Shown here: positions 1 through 9,712 of the stretch, piece after piece | Position numbering within the stretch: the first letter of the stretch is position 1 | Layout: each line of letters begins with the position of its first letter | Source: Candidatus Micrarchaeia archaeon | Lineage (GTDB): Archaea; Micrarchaeota; Micrarchaeia; Burarchaeales; JAVZCV01 | DNA: 64,000 nt | Assembly (NCBI GenBank): GCA_038874215.1 | Contig: JAVZCV010000002.1 | Coordinates: 1 to 64,000, forward strand | Direction of reading: 5' to 3' | Position numbers and translations under genes: made by a program | Notes under the pieces: generated by a model | Databases searched by the model: none | What the model was told of the DNA's origin: nothing | What the model saw: only the letters and a program-made list of their open reading frames with translations

Positions 1-1
1 C

Positions 2-2749
2 AACATGACATTCTCCATCCCAAGGGGCCGCTACGAGTATAACATGACAAGCGGGTTCAGCATCGGTGGTTCGTACTATCCATGGAACGTTTCATGTAAC
101 GCAACATCTTACATGACAAGAGCAGACGTTGATTCTGTTTTCATAAACGCCACTCAAACATCTCTTGAAATCTGGGATGAAACAGACTCCCGTGGGGGTT
201 CGCTCCCCAAATTTGCAAACGATCCAATCGCCTTCTTCGCCAACTACACAAACGCCAGCAACGGAATCCCGATAAACAAATCAGTAGTTTCCGACGCCCA
301 GTGCAAAATAAACATCTACAACGTAACCCAATGGACAGGCTGGCTCAACATGACATACAAACCGCTCCTGCGCCTATGGTTCTTCAACATGTCCTCAGGC
401 TTCACTACCTCTGCATATTATGAATGGAACGTTTCATGCAATGCTTCGGATTACCAGTACCAACACATAAATGACACCGTTCGCATCGGATACGATACAA
501 ATCTCTCAATATGGGATGAAACAGACATCCAGGAAGGCAAAAAGGTAAAGATGCCTGGTGATCCTGTTGCGTTTTTTGCCAACTACACAAACAGCACAAA
601 CGGCGCTGTGATAAATGCATCAGCAGAAGAAGGTGCGGTGTGCAGGATAAACATCTACAACGTAACCCAATGGACAGGCTGGCTTAACATGACATACAAT
701 CCAGTGCGAGGCTTATGGGTTTTTAATGCGACAACAGGTTTCGCAGATTCAGGCTATTTCCAATACAACATAACATGCAGGTCTCTAAGCTATGTTAAGC
801 GCACTTTGAACGATACAACAGAGATTGGGATACCAACCAATCTCTCAATCTGGGACGAAACAGACCCAAAGGGAGGCGGAGCAATAAAATATGCAGGTGA
901 GCAGGTTAAATTCTGGGCAAATTACTCCAATACAACATCACAGATTGTAGAACGCTGGTGGAACAACAGCTGGAACAAGAGGCGCAGGATAACGGTAGTT
1001 AATAACAACAATACCAGGCCATTACCCGTCAATTACATAGTAAGCCTTGAGCTTGATACTGCAACATTGATATCAAACGGCGAAATGCTGCCAAGCGGAA
1101 ACGACCTTCGCGTTGTTTATTGGAATGAATCTTCATCCTCTTGGGTTGAAATCCCGAGGTTTGTTTGGGATATAAACGCAGCAAGCACTACCATCTACTT
1201 CAACATAACGAGCGAAATACCTGCGGGAGATTACGATAACAATTACTATATCTACTACAATAACACGGATGCGGGCATTCCGCCCTCATGGTCTCCTTTC
1301 CTAAACTTCAGCAGTTATCCAATACAAAGTTACGATGCGTCTCAGGATGTTAACAGCACGGCGTACGAAATCCTTGATGGCGGATACACTCTGCACATGT
1401 GGGGCAACAACTGGAAGGCGCTCACATACTCGCTTACGATATACGCAAACACAACTCTTGATATAACATTCAAGAGTAATGGAACCGCGCCAGAAATAGA
1501 AGGAATAGGGGTTGACGACAATCTCGTTCAATCAAGCGACCGCTTTTACAAGTTTTATGGAACCCAGTCATGGGGCATAACTACGTATTACAACTACACA
1601 CCCGCAGGCTGGGTTAGATACCATGTAAAACCAGGCGTTGATTTTACTGGTGTTTTCAACTACTTGACTTTCGGCAACGATGCCGACGAGGGCCAAGCGA
1701 CAAACTGCTACTTCTCCCGCTACATCATACGAGAAACCGTTTTTGCAGAGCCCACAGTCGCACTCGGCAACGCCGAAACAAGAACATGCCTCATCTCATT
1801 CCAGACTTCCCCCGGCGCATCCTCATACACGCAATGGGAATCCATGGTGTACAACTCCTCATCGATGATCTATGAATACAACCGTTCTTTTGACTACAAC
1901 GGCACATACATCTGGAACGTTTCATGCTCTGCGTATCTTCACGTGCCGAAAACTGCCAACGATACCTTGCTTTTGGGCAACCCTACCAACCTTGAAATAT
2001 GGGACGAAACAGATTCTGCGGGAGGAGGAAAAGAGATATACTACAAACAGCCCGTTGTTTTCTTTGCAAACTACACGAATAAAACCAACGGGGTTCCGAT
2101 AAACACGAGCGCAATCCCAAACGCGAAATGCCAGATACGAATATACAATGTATCGGTTTGGACGCCTTGGATGGATATGGAATACAACCCCGCAAAAGAA
2201 CTATGGGTTTATAACATGACGAGCGGCTTTAACGTCTCTGGGATGGCATATCCGTGGGAGGTCTCATGCTCAGCGCTGGGCTACGAATATCAAATAAGAA
2301 ACGACACCGTTTTCATAACACTAGGCTCATCAGGCTTCACCGTATTCCTACCGAACAGTGGTTGCTCATATCCTAAAGGCTGCACAACCCCTGGCTGTAC
2401 TGCATGCGAGCGCTGTTATATTTACGCGGCGAATGCATCAGGACCGATACGCATGCTAAACGTTTCTTGCGAAGGCCAGACAAGCACAATTGCATTCTAC
2501 AATTTTAGAAATACGGGCGGTTCTCCCCTCAGCTGGTATATGCGGCTAAACGAGAGCCTACCATCAGGCTTTGCGTTCAAGGTCAACCCAGGAAGCGACA
2601 ACCCGAACAACGCAACGATAATATCCACTACCCCGACATTAATAGTAGCCGACACGATACCTGGCGTTGATGAATATGCGTGGGCATACGGCGTTTTTAG
2701 CGGTGTGAACGGGACTGAAATCCGCACGGCGATACATACGGCGTCTTAG
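2..2749 (+). CDS. Large repeat-built cell-surface/adhesin-like glycoprotein, 5'-truncated; contains DUF2341-like and jelly-roll lectin-like inserts
   Basis: Frame open to the window edge (AAC ATG = N-M of the internal 'NMTY/F' repeat motif, so the Met at 5 is internal). Four T(N/S)L(E/S)IWDETD modules at about 170, 509, 848, 1997; very many N-x-S/T sequons; WWNNSWNKRRRI...DLRVVY...YYIYYNN resembles DUF2341. Confidence 0.75.
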   Translation, partial: NMTFSIPRGRYEYNMTSGFSIGGSYYPWNVSCNATSYMTRADVDSVFINATQTSLEIWDETDSRGGSLPKFANDPIAFFANYTNASNGIPINKSVVSDAQCKINIYNVTQWTGWLNMTYKPLLRLWFFNMSSGFTTSAYYEWNVSCNASDYQYQHINDTVRIGYDTNLSIWDETDIQEGKKVKMPGDPVAFFANYTNSTNGAVINASAEEGAVCRINIYNVTQWTGWLNMTYNPVRGLWVFNATTGFADSGYFQYNITCRSLSYVKRTLNDTTEIGIPTNLSIWDETDPKGGGAIKYAGEQVKFWANYSNTTSQIVERWWNNSWNKRRRITVVNNNNTRPLPVNYIVSLELDTATLISNGEMLPSGNDLRVVYWNESSSSWVEIPRFVWDINAASTTIYFNITSEIPAGDYDNNYYIYYNNTDAGIPPSWSPFLNFSSYPIQSYDASQDVNSTAYEILDGGYTLHMWGNNWKALTYSLTIYANTTLDITFKSNGTAPEIEGIGVDDNLVQSSDRFYKFYGTQSWGITTYYNYTPAGWVRYHVKPGVDFTGVFNYLTFGNDADEGQATNCYFSRYIIRETVFAEPTVALGNAETRTCLISFQTSPGASSYTQWESMVYNSSSMIYEYNRSFDYNGTYIWNVSCSAYLHVPKTANDTLLLGNPTNLEIWDETDSAGGGKEIYYKQPVVFFANYTNKTNGVPINTSAIPNAKCQIRIYNVSVWTPWMDMEYNPAKELWVYNMTSGFNVSGMAYPWEVSCSALGYEYQIRNDTVFITLGSSGFTVFLPNSGCSYPKGCTTPGCTACERCYIYAANASGPIRMLNVSCEGQTSTIAFYNFRNTGGSPLSWYMRLNESLPSGFAFKVNPGSDNPNNATIISTTPTLIVADTIPGVDEYAWAYGVFSGVNGTEIRTAIHTAS
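308..699 (+). repeat. Intragenic direct repeat, 53 nt (308-360 and 647-699), 52/53 identical, 339-nt period
   Basis: ataaacatctacaacgtaacccaatggacaggctggct(c/t)aacatgacatacaa is present at both positions. Confidence 0.95.
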
Positions 2750-2759
2750 GAGGCATTAT

Positions 2760-3644
2760 ATGAAACTAAAACCGAGCCTGTTCGTCTTCGTGTTCCTTGC
2801 ATTGTTGGCATTAATTATGGTGTCAAAAATGCTTGGGGGAAAAGAAAAAGCAGAAGCCAGCATGAAAGCACCAGAAGTAGAAGAAATCATGACCCCCAAC
2901 CTCGGAAAAAGCACAGAGCAGATAGAAGAAAACAATACCCCACCCACTCCTCCTCCGCAGGCCGAAGTTCCCCCAAGGCAATTCACAATGCCCAACATCT
3001 CCGATTCAGAGCTTGCTGAAAAAAACAAGAACCGCATAACAACGATGCCACTGATAATTTTCGCAAACCTGCCAGAATTCCCTGAAGATTTTTATGCAAC
3101 ACAAGGCATGGTTGCGGATGGCCTAATAGATATTTCTGAATTGAATGAGAGCTATTGGAAGCAGCCTGAATTCATACCTACTTGGAAAACGCAGGGAGAG
3201 GCGCTTTTCAGAAACCCGCCAAAAGGAAGGTGGGGGGCTTATGGTTTAGGCGTATACCCGAATAAAATCACCGTCAGACTACGAAAAGGGCAGAATGCAA
3301 CAACATCCTTCCTGCTTCATTCTGGTTATCTTGTGCAGTCATACCAAGGGGTCGCATTATCCTATCAGAATTCAAGCGGAATAGTCCTCAACCTTTTGCC
3401 AAACCCCGTGCTTCTTGAGCCAACAGCGCCGATATTTGAATATGGGTGGGTAGAAAAAATAAATCTGACAATCGTTATCAACGTGAGTGCTCAGGCAGGC
3501 ATGCACGAAATCCCCATATGGATAACAGCGCCCGATAATGAAACTTCTAAAATTTGGGCATCCACACATAGCCCATATACAACAAGTGCAATGAATATGT
3601 GGTCTGGTCCATTAGTCAAGGTTCTTGTGGATGTGTTAGAATGA
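2760..3644 (+). CDS. Membrane-anchored hypothetical protein with Pro-rich linker and beta-rich (Ig-like) C-terminus
   Basis: 294-aa ORF, GGAGG RBS, N-terminal hydrophobic helix, PPTPPPQ linker. Confidence 0.7.
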   Translation: MKLKPSLFVFVFLALLALIMVSKMLGGKEKAEASMKAPEVEEIMTPNLGKSTEQIEENNTPPTPPPQAEVPPRQFTMPNISDSELAEKNKNRITTMPLIIFANLPEFPEDFYATQGMVADGLIDISELNESYWKQPEFIPTWKTQGEALFRNPPKGRWGAYGLGVYPNKITVRLRKGQNATTSFLLHSGYLVQSYQGVALSYQNSSGIVLNLLPNPVLLEPTAPIFEYGWVEKINLTIVINVSAQAGMHEIPIWITAPDNETSKIWASTHSPYTTSAMNMWSGPLVKVLVDVLE

Positions 3645-4864
3645 AAAAACAAAAAGAAGCGAAGGGCAAGGAATGTGCTTTTTACAAAGGCCAGTACGCC
3701 CCACCCATACTGCTTACCTTCGTTGTTACTTCCTTCCTGTTATTCTTGATTTCAATATACTCCTACTCCAATTCAATAGAATACAAATACACTCCTACCC
3801 ACGCTGTGAGGAGAATAGTGCAGGAAAAGCAAGACATTGATTCCGACTTCTGCATCCTGTTTAGGTCTTTTGGCGTGGAGGTAAATGGCACAAGCTTCGG
3901 CGACGGCTCAAACATTTCCTTCTCCATAAACTTTACCAACACATTATTCGGGAATGCATCAAACTATACACGTGCATACAAGACATACGTGAACTCCAGC
4001 ACGAAGACACTCCTGTTGGATGATTTCCTATCTGCGCTTGATAACAAAAAACTGCTCATAAGCGAGTTTTTTACAAACACCGTCCTCCAACTTGATTTGC
4101 AAGGAAAAAAGCAACTACGCCTATCCACGGAAAATCCAAAATCCATATATATGCGGCTCTACACAAGCAACACCAGCGAAATATCATGGAATCCCCCGCT
4201 TGAAAATGAAGGGGACATAAACATCTCTCTTCTGCTCAATAATTATGATTTGCATGCCAGCGCAGTATGCGGAGAAAACTGTAGCATAAACAAAACAGCT
4301 AATTATACTGCCAATTTCAGCACCGCATACGGTAATTTCTCAATATCTTTCATTGAAGGAATGCTTGAGCTCAACTTCACAGAAGATTTGCTGGTTAATA
4401 TCACAGCAACAGTACAGGGTAAAGTAGAAGAAAAGCCCCTTTTCTACCTGTTTATAAACACAACAAACATAAGCACGGCAGCAACAAAACTATCTACTGT
4501 TTGTTCTGGTTCAGAACCCAGGTTTACCAACACAACGCAGTATATAATGACCGAAAGGAAGTATGGGAGCGCAGAAGTTTCGGGCAGGAACATATACATC
4601 ATAGTCGCAAATTTATCTCAAAATATAAGCGGCGAACTCGTAGGTGATTTTAACACCATTTATATTGATAATGACGGCGATTGTAACTTTGTTGGGGCAA
4701 GCGACGAATATTTCGCCAAGAAAGGCGAATGGGTTCGCATTGGCAACCTCGTTGCAACACCCGTAGAGATAACTGGTGAAAGCACAACATTCATTTTTTC
4801 ATCGGGCGCAGAGCTCGTTCTCCCGCCAGCTCGTCTTGTCCAGCCAATTTTCATATGCCGCTAG
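3641..4864 (+). CDS. Hypothetical surface glycoprotein with class III (pilin-like) signal-like N-terminus
   Basis: ATGA overlap with upstream stop; basic N-terminus, KGQ followed by a hydrophobic stretch; many N-x-S/T sequons. Confidence 0.6.
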   Translation: MKKQKEAKGKECAFYKGQYAPPILLTFVVTSFLLFLISIYSYSNSIEYKYTPTHAVRRIVQEKQDIDSDFCILFRSFGVEVNGTSFGDGSNISFSINFTNTLFGNASNYTRAYKTYVNSSTKTLLLDDFLSALDNKKLLISEFFTNTVLQLDLQGKKQLRLSTENPKSIYMRLYTSNTSEISWNPPLENEGDINISLLLNNYDLHASAVCGENCSINKTANYTANFSTAYGNFSISFIEGMLELNFTEDLLVNITATVQGKVEEKPLFYLFINTTNISTAATKLSTVCSGSEPRFTNTTQYIMTERKYGSAEVSGRNIYIIVANLSQNISGELVGDFNTIYIDNDGDCNFVGASDEYFAKKGEWVRIGNLVATPVEITGESTTFIFSSGAELVLPPARLVQPIFICR

Positions 4865-4905
4865 CAACCGCTAATACTTAAATAGATGGGAAGTGAATTA
4901 GTCTC

Positions 4906-5901
4906 ATGGATGAAAAGAGGGATGTCGCAAAGCTCCTTAAAGAGTTCGTTGAAAGAGAAAAGACAAGGTTAGCGGAATTTGAAAAGCCAAAATTGTACTC
5001 AATACCATATCTGCCGATAATGCGCTTTGAGCAGGCTGCAAACATTGCGAAGCACTTAAAGCCACTAGTTCCCTTCCTATTTTTTATAAAACGCGATCTT
5101 GATAAGGACCTATCAGAGGCAGATATAGAAATAGATACTGATGTTTATGCTTCTGTTGCTTTGCTAGTCGGCATCTTCTACTTTATTTTTTTCATGCTCA
5201 TATTCTGGACATTTTCGCTTAACATTACGATACAACAACTTTTTCCAGAGACGTACGAAAGCCTCATGCAGATGGCTTTTCCTGTATCTATCTTCATCGG
5301 CTTTCTGATGACGCTCCAGACACTAAACTACCCGAGCATAATCGCCCAAAGAAAGGCAAAAGATGTCGACAAAAACCTACTTTATGTTATAAGGCATTTG
5401 ACGATTCAGGTTCGCTCTGGCGCCACGCTTTACGATGCTATGAAGAGCGTTGCTGCAAGCGACTACGGCTCAATCTCAAAAGACTTCCACCAAGGAGTGC
5501 GTATGGTTCTCGCAGGCTTTTCTCTACCAGACGCAATAGACCACATAGCTATGAAAAACAAATCAAAGCAACTCAGAAAAATACTATGGCAAACCGAAAA
5601 CGCAGTTAGAACGGGTGCGAACATAGGGGATGTTCTTATGACTCTCAGCGAAAACTACTTTAACGAACAGAAGGTTGCAATTGAGCAATTTGGAAAAGAC
5701 CTGAGCACGATGAGCATGTTCTTTCTTGTTCTCACCGTGATATTCCCTGTTATGGCTGTGATAGGGCTCGTCCTCTCTGCCCTGTTACCCATACAGTCAA
5801 TGCCCTCCTACATACTTTATATCTTCTTGGGCTTCATAGTTTTTGTTCAATATCTCTTCCTCAATTATGTCCGCGAAAAGAGACCCGCGGTGCATTTCTA
5901 G
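4906..5901 (+). CDS. Type II secretion system F-family / type IV pilus platform protein (PilC/TadC-like)
   Basis: T2SSF pattern (IQVRSGATLYDAM...YGSISKDF...TGANIGDVL) with multiple TM helices. Confidence 0.85.
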   Translation: MDEKRDVAKLLKEFVEREKTRLAEFEKPKLYSIPYLPIMRFEQAANIAKHLKPLVPFLFFIKRDLDKDLSEADIEIDTDVYASVALLVGIFYFIFFMLIFWTFSLNITIQQLFPETYESLMQMAFPVSIFIGFLMTLQTLNYPSIIAQRKAKDVDKNLLYVIRHLTIQVRSGATLYDAMKSVAASDYGSISKDFHQGVRMVLAGFSLPDAIDHIAMKNKSKQLRKILWQTENAVRTGANIGDVLMTLSENYFNEQKVAIEQFGKDLSTMSMFFLVLTVIFPVMAVIGLVLSALLPIQSMPSYILYIFLGFIVFVQYLFLNYVREKRPAVHF

Positions 5902-5908
5902 TGGTTTT

Positions 5909-6949
5909 ATGGCGCGAGCAAAAAGACGAACACTCGTATCTGCTCTTAAAGAAACATTTGACCTTCAAAAAGCCCTTCTTCATGCAGATGTGCCCCTTAG
6001 CCCCTTTCAGTATCTGCTTATAACTTTAGGCGCTTTTCTGGTATTTGCTGGCATTGGCATAATGATCTTCCCAAAACTTTTTGGCATTGGCACAATCACG
6101 AGTGCATCACTAGGTATCGCGATTGCGGGTTTTTCTTCATGGGGGTTCTTGGTGGTTATGGCGGAGAGAAAAAAGAAAGAGCTTGAAGAGGCACTGCCCG
6201 ATACCCTCCTATTGATAGCAACAAACATGCGAGCGGGAGCTACGATAGACAGGGCGATGAGCAGCATAATACCACACAGCTTCGGCGCCATGAGAAAGGA
6301 GCTTGATATAACGAGCAGAGAGCTTGCAAGCGGCGTACCGCTTGAAGTTGCTTTCAGAAACCTCGCTGAAAGAAGCCCAAGCCCTCTCGTAAAAAACGTC
6401 TGCGACATGGTGATATACGGAATAGAGGCAGGGGGCGATATGACCGACCTACTCATAGATACATCTTTTGAAATCCGCATGACACAAACGCTCCAAAAAG
6501 AAGTAGCAGCGCAGGTTACAACATACCGCACATTCTTTGTTTTTACCGTGCTTATAGTTTCACCAATACTACTCGCAGTAGCAACTAACTTTCTGGCAAT
6601 AACAAAGGCTTTCAGCTCGCAGTTCAGATCAGAATTGCAGGATAGGGATTTGCCCCCAATAGTTCTCGCGCGCGGTGGCATAGTTGTTGGCTTTGTGAGA
6701 AAACTGCAAACTGAGGGTCTGGGGGGGCGAATAACAGTACAGGATATGAGAATATTTTCCTATTCCTTATGTACTGTTTCCTCAATAATCTCATGCCTTC
6801 TCCTTGGCATAATAAGCGATGGCGAGATGCGTGCAGGTATAAAATACATCCCTATTTTTGTGATTGTTTCGCTTTCCGTTTACTTCTACGCGGACCAATT
6901 TGCAACGCAGATGTTAAACGAGGCTTTTGGCGGTCTCCTTTCTCAGTAA
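5909..6949 (+). CDS. Type II secretion system F-family / type IV pilus platform protein (PilC/TadB-like)
   Basis: LPDTLLLIATNMRAGATIDRA...GVPLEVAF...GGDMTDLL T2SSF signature; TM helices. Confidence 0.88.
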   Translation: MARAKRRTLVSALKETFDLQKALLHADVPLSPFQYLLITLGAFLVFAGIGIMIFPKLFGIGTITSASLGIAIAGFSSWGFLVVMAERKKKELEEALPDTLLLIATNMRAGATIDRAMSSIIPHSFGAMRKELDITSRELASGVPLEVAFRNLAERSPSPLVKNVCDMVIYGIEAGGDMTDLLIDTSFEIRMTQTLQKEVAAQVTTYRTFFVFTVLIVSPILLAVATNFLAITKAFSSQFRSELQDRDLPPIVLARGGIVVGFVRKLQTEGLGGRITVQDMRIFSYSLCTVSSIISCLLLGIISDGEMRAGIKYIPIFVIVSLSVYFYADQFATQMLNEAFGGLLSQ

Positions 6950-6964
6950 AGCTACACGTTTATG

Positions 6965-6978
6965 GAAAAGTATAAAAA
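6965..6978 (+). promoter_or_regulatory. Putative BRE/TATA promoter upstream of arlB1
   Basis: gaaaagtataaaaa in the intergenic region before the archaellin; motif match only. Confidence 0.45.
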
Positions 6979-7062
6979 GGGGTTATTGGATAACCATATC
7001 ATTGGCCGAAGAGCAGCGACCGTAGTTAAACATCTACACGTGGGGATTAGCGGTGGCGTTAT

Positions 7063-7665
7063 ATGTTTGATGGGAGCCGAATGAAAACCAAGCGTGGTGC
7101 TGTTGGTATCGGAACTCTGATAATCTTCATAGCGATGGTCCTTGTGGCCGCAATCGCTGCCGCAGTTCTCATCAACACCTCTGGTATTCTCCAACAAAGG
7201 TCCATGATGACTGGCAAAGAATCAATAGCGCAGGTTTCAACGAATATAAAAGTTTCTTCCATAATCGGCTTTACCGATGCCAATTTCAGCAATATAGAGA
7301 ACCTTAGTATTTTCATAACGATGGCACCGGGTGCGCAGCCACTGAACCTAAAATATCTTATCGTAGTGGTTGGAAACAACAACAACCAAACGACAAACCA
7401 ATTCTCAGAAGAGCTCGAGAACAATACCTTCACCCCAAGAATAATACGCGACCCAAACAATCTTTTCTCAACGACAAACCCAGTCATAGATAGTTCGTCT
7501 CTTGTTGAGCTTAAAATCACGCCAGCAAATATGTCACCAATCGTACTTTTGCCACCTCGCACCACACTTCATGTAGAACTAATCCCCGAGCATGGCTCGC
7601 CCGTTATCATAGAAACAAAAACCCCACAAACATACGCCACATCAATACAGCATCTCTATCCATAG
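7063..7665 (+). CDS. flaB: Archaellin ArlB/FlaB (copy 1; alternative start 7081)
   Basis: [37 protein letters not shown] archaellin N-terminus; C-terminal ELIPEHG motif. Confidence 0.97.
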   Translation: MFDGSRMKTKRGAVGIGTLIIFIAMVLVAAIAAAVLINTSGILQQRSMMTGKESIAQVSTNIKVSSIIGFTDANFSNIENLSIFITMAPGAQPLNLKYLIVVVGNNNNQTTNQFSEELENNTFTPRIIRDPNNLFSTTNPVIDSSSLVELKITPANMSPIVLLPPRTTLHVELIPEHGSPVIIETKTPQTYATSIQHLYP

Positions 7666-7675
7666 GAAAACCAAC

Positions 7676-7689
7676 GAAAAGTTTATATA
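7676..7689 (+). promoter_or_regulatory. Putative BRE/TATA promoter upstream of arlB2
   Basis: cgaaaagtttatat(a) fits the archaeal BRE-TATA consensus. Confidence 0.5.
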
Positions 7690-7744
7690 GTGCGTAATGT
7701 TATTCCATTAGGAAAGCAATAAGAAAAAGGGAAGGAGGGAGAAC

Positions 7745-8338
7745 ATGCAATATAAAAAGGGTGCTGTTGGTATCGGAACTCTGATAATCTTCATAGCGAT
7801 GGTCCTTGTGGCCGCAATCGCCGCAGCCGTTTTGATAAACGTTTCTGGCATACTGCAACAGAGGGCAATGTCCACGGGCAAAGAGGCAATAGCCCAAGTC
7901 TCATCAAACATAATAGTAACATCTATATCTGGGAAAACCAATACTAATAAGACGAACATAGATAATCTCACCATAACCATTTCTGCGGCGGCAGGCGCTG
8001 GAAGGATAGACATCGGCAAAATGATTCTGAAGATTAGTAACGGGGATAACCAGACAGAGCAGAAATACAACGGGACCATAAACAATCCGGATGGTGCTCA
8101 CTTCACCGCAACAGCTCTCAGAGACCCGACAGGCCTATTTACTAAAGAATTGCCCGTGATAGACTCAAGCAGCTTAATTCAATTGCATGTTGTGCCAAGC
8201 AACGATACAACCCCTGTCTATCTGCCACCAAGAACGCCATTGCATATAGAGCTCATCCCAGAGCACGGTGCATCTGTTACGATAGATTTAGTAACGCCTT
8301 CAACATACCCAACTACCCTCCAGCAACTTTATCCATAA
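7745..8338 (+). CDS. flaB: Archaellin ArlB/FlaB (copy 2)
   Basis: [29 protein letters not shown] archaellin signature; GGAGG RBS. Confidence 0.97.
   Translation: MQYKKGAVGIGTLIIFIAMVLVAAIAAAVLINVSGILQQRAMSTGKEAIAQVSSNIIVTSISGKTNTNKTNIDNLTITISAAAGAGRIDIGKMILKISNGDNQTEQKYNGTINNPDGAHFTATALRDPTGLFTKELPVIDSSSLIQLHVVPSNDTTPVYLPPRTPLHIELIPEHGASVTIDLVTPSTYPTTLQQLYP
7766..7860 (+). repeat. 95-nt perfect repeat shared by arlB2 (7766-7860) and arlB3 (18444-18538); 62 nt shared by arlB1 (7096-7157) and arlB2 (7760-7821)
   Basis: Direct nucleotide comparison; synonymous sites are also identical. Confidence 0.9.
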
Positions 8339-8346
8339 ACAGTCAG

Positions 8347-8366
8347 CCTTTTATTCTCCTTTTTTT
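8347..8366 (+). terminator. Putative U-rich terminator after arlB2
   Basis: Pyrimidine tract ending in a T7 run just downstream of the arlB2 stop. Confidence 0.35.
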
Positions 8367-8386
8367 AATCTATCTTAGGTAATCCC

Positions 8387-8974
8387 ATGGAAATCATAAC
8401 TATCTTCAAGAAGGCACTTGGTTTACAAAAGGACGAAAAGGAAAGCGAAGAGAAAAAAGAGCAAGAGGCAAGTGCGAGTGAGATTGAGGTAGAGTTACCA
8501 GAAGGGGGCGGAATTTTTGATACGGAGGAGATAGACTCCTTGAAAAAAGAGCTCAGTGCAAGCGGTTCAAAAATAAGCGATCTGGAAGGAAAGCTGGTAA
8601 AGATAGAGGCCCAAAACCACCAAATCCAGAAAGAGATAGACGCTATAAAAAAACGCATGGATGAAATAGACGCAAGAATAATTGAAATGATGTCCATATA
8701 CGAGGTAGTTTCAAATCAAATAAACCCCTTTGTAGGCGAAACTAAAAATGTGAGTGCAAACGTAATCGAAGTTAAGGCGGAGCTTGAAAAACTTCGTGAG
8801 CAGGTTTCTGTTCTTGCAGCAGATGTTCGTATAATGGCGAGAAGCAGGATAAATATAAGCAGGGTTATAGAAGAAGTTCTGAGCACGCCGCCAAAGAAAA
8901 AAACCGTTGATCTAAGTAAATTGATAAAAACCGCCATACAGGAGAAGAGGAGGGATAATCTTGGTGCAGAGTGA
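8387..8974 (+). CDS. flaC: Archaellum accessory protein ArlC/FlaC
   Basis: Coiled coil followed by the MSIYEVVSNQINPFVG FlaC motif; position after archaellins. Confidence 0.9.
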   Translation: MEIITIFKKALGLQKDEKESEEKKEQEASASEIEVELPEGGGIFDTEEIDSLKKELSASGSKISDLEGKLVKIEAQNHQIQKEIDAIKKRMDEIDARIIEMMSIYEVVSNQINPFVGETKNVSANVIEVKAELEKLREQVSVLAADVRIMARSRINISRVIEEVLSTPPKKKTVDLSKLIKTAIQEKRRDNLGAE

Positions 8975-9665
8975 TGAACCAACTGGAAGAGGCAGTGAGC
9001 GCATTCTGACACCAGACGAAATAGAAGCAAAACTTTCGGTTTATCAATCACGCTTGCCCTCAACTGTTATAGAAGAACTTCTTCGCTATCTGAAAACGAT
9101 GAAGCTCAGCGAGTCAAAAGTTGATGAAATAATATCGCGTGTGGCATCAAAATACAGCGGCGAAGATGTATCCGAACAGATAGACTCCCTCTCATCAAAA
9201 CTTGATACTCTGAGCGCAACAGTTTCACGCATGGTTGCAGCAATAGAGAAGGAGCGCTCATATTTGGAAAGAGAACCAACCCCGCCCACCGAAGAAGTTC
9301 CAGAAGCCGAGCCAAAAACTCCCTTCCTTTCAAGCCTTAGGGAGGATGCAGTGACAAGAACGCTTTTTCTGAAATGGGTTGAGTTCCTTCTTTCACGTGT
9401 TGGGCATGAGCGGCTTGATGAGGCTCTAAACTTTTATGTTGACATAGGCTGGATAACTGAGGAAATAGCGATGAAAGCACTCGCATACTCCAAGGGAATA
9501 TCAACAAAGAAAGGCAGAAAATCATCAAAATTAACGCCAGAGGACCATCTTCGTACCCTCATATTTCTAGAGCGGTTAGGCGGTAAAAAAATAGACGAAA
9601 ATCTAATAACGAAAGCAGAGCGGGAAATAACATACCTGCTTGAAAAAAGACTGCGGAGGCCTTGA
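8961..9665 (+). CDS. flaD: Archaellum accessory protein ArlD/E (FlaD/FlaE)
   Basis: WVEFLLSRVG...L.FYVDIGWITE...DHLRTLIFLERL FlaD/E domain signature. Confidence 0.88.
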   Translation: MVQSDEPTGRGSERILTPDEIEAKLSVYQSRLPSTVIEELLRYLKTMKLSESKVDEIISRVASKYSGEDVSEQIDSLSSKLDTLSATVSRMVAAIEKERSYLEREPTPPTEEVPEAEPKTPFLSSLREDAVTRTLFLKWVEFLLSRVGHERLDEALNFYVDIGWITEEIAMKALAYSKGISTKKGRKSSKLTPEDHLRTLIFLERLGGKKIDENLITKAEREITYLLEKRLRRP

Positions 9666-9712
9666 ACGACATGCCTCTAAATATTTAAATAGAAAATAAC
9701 CTATTAAGATGC

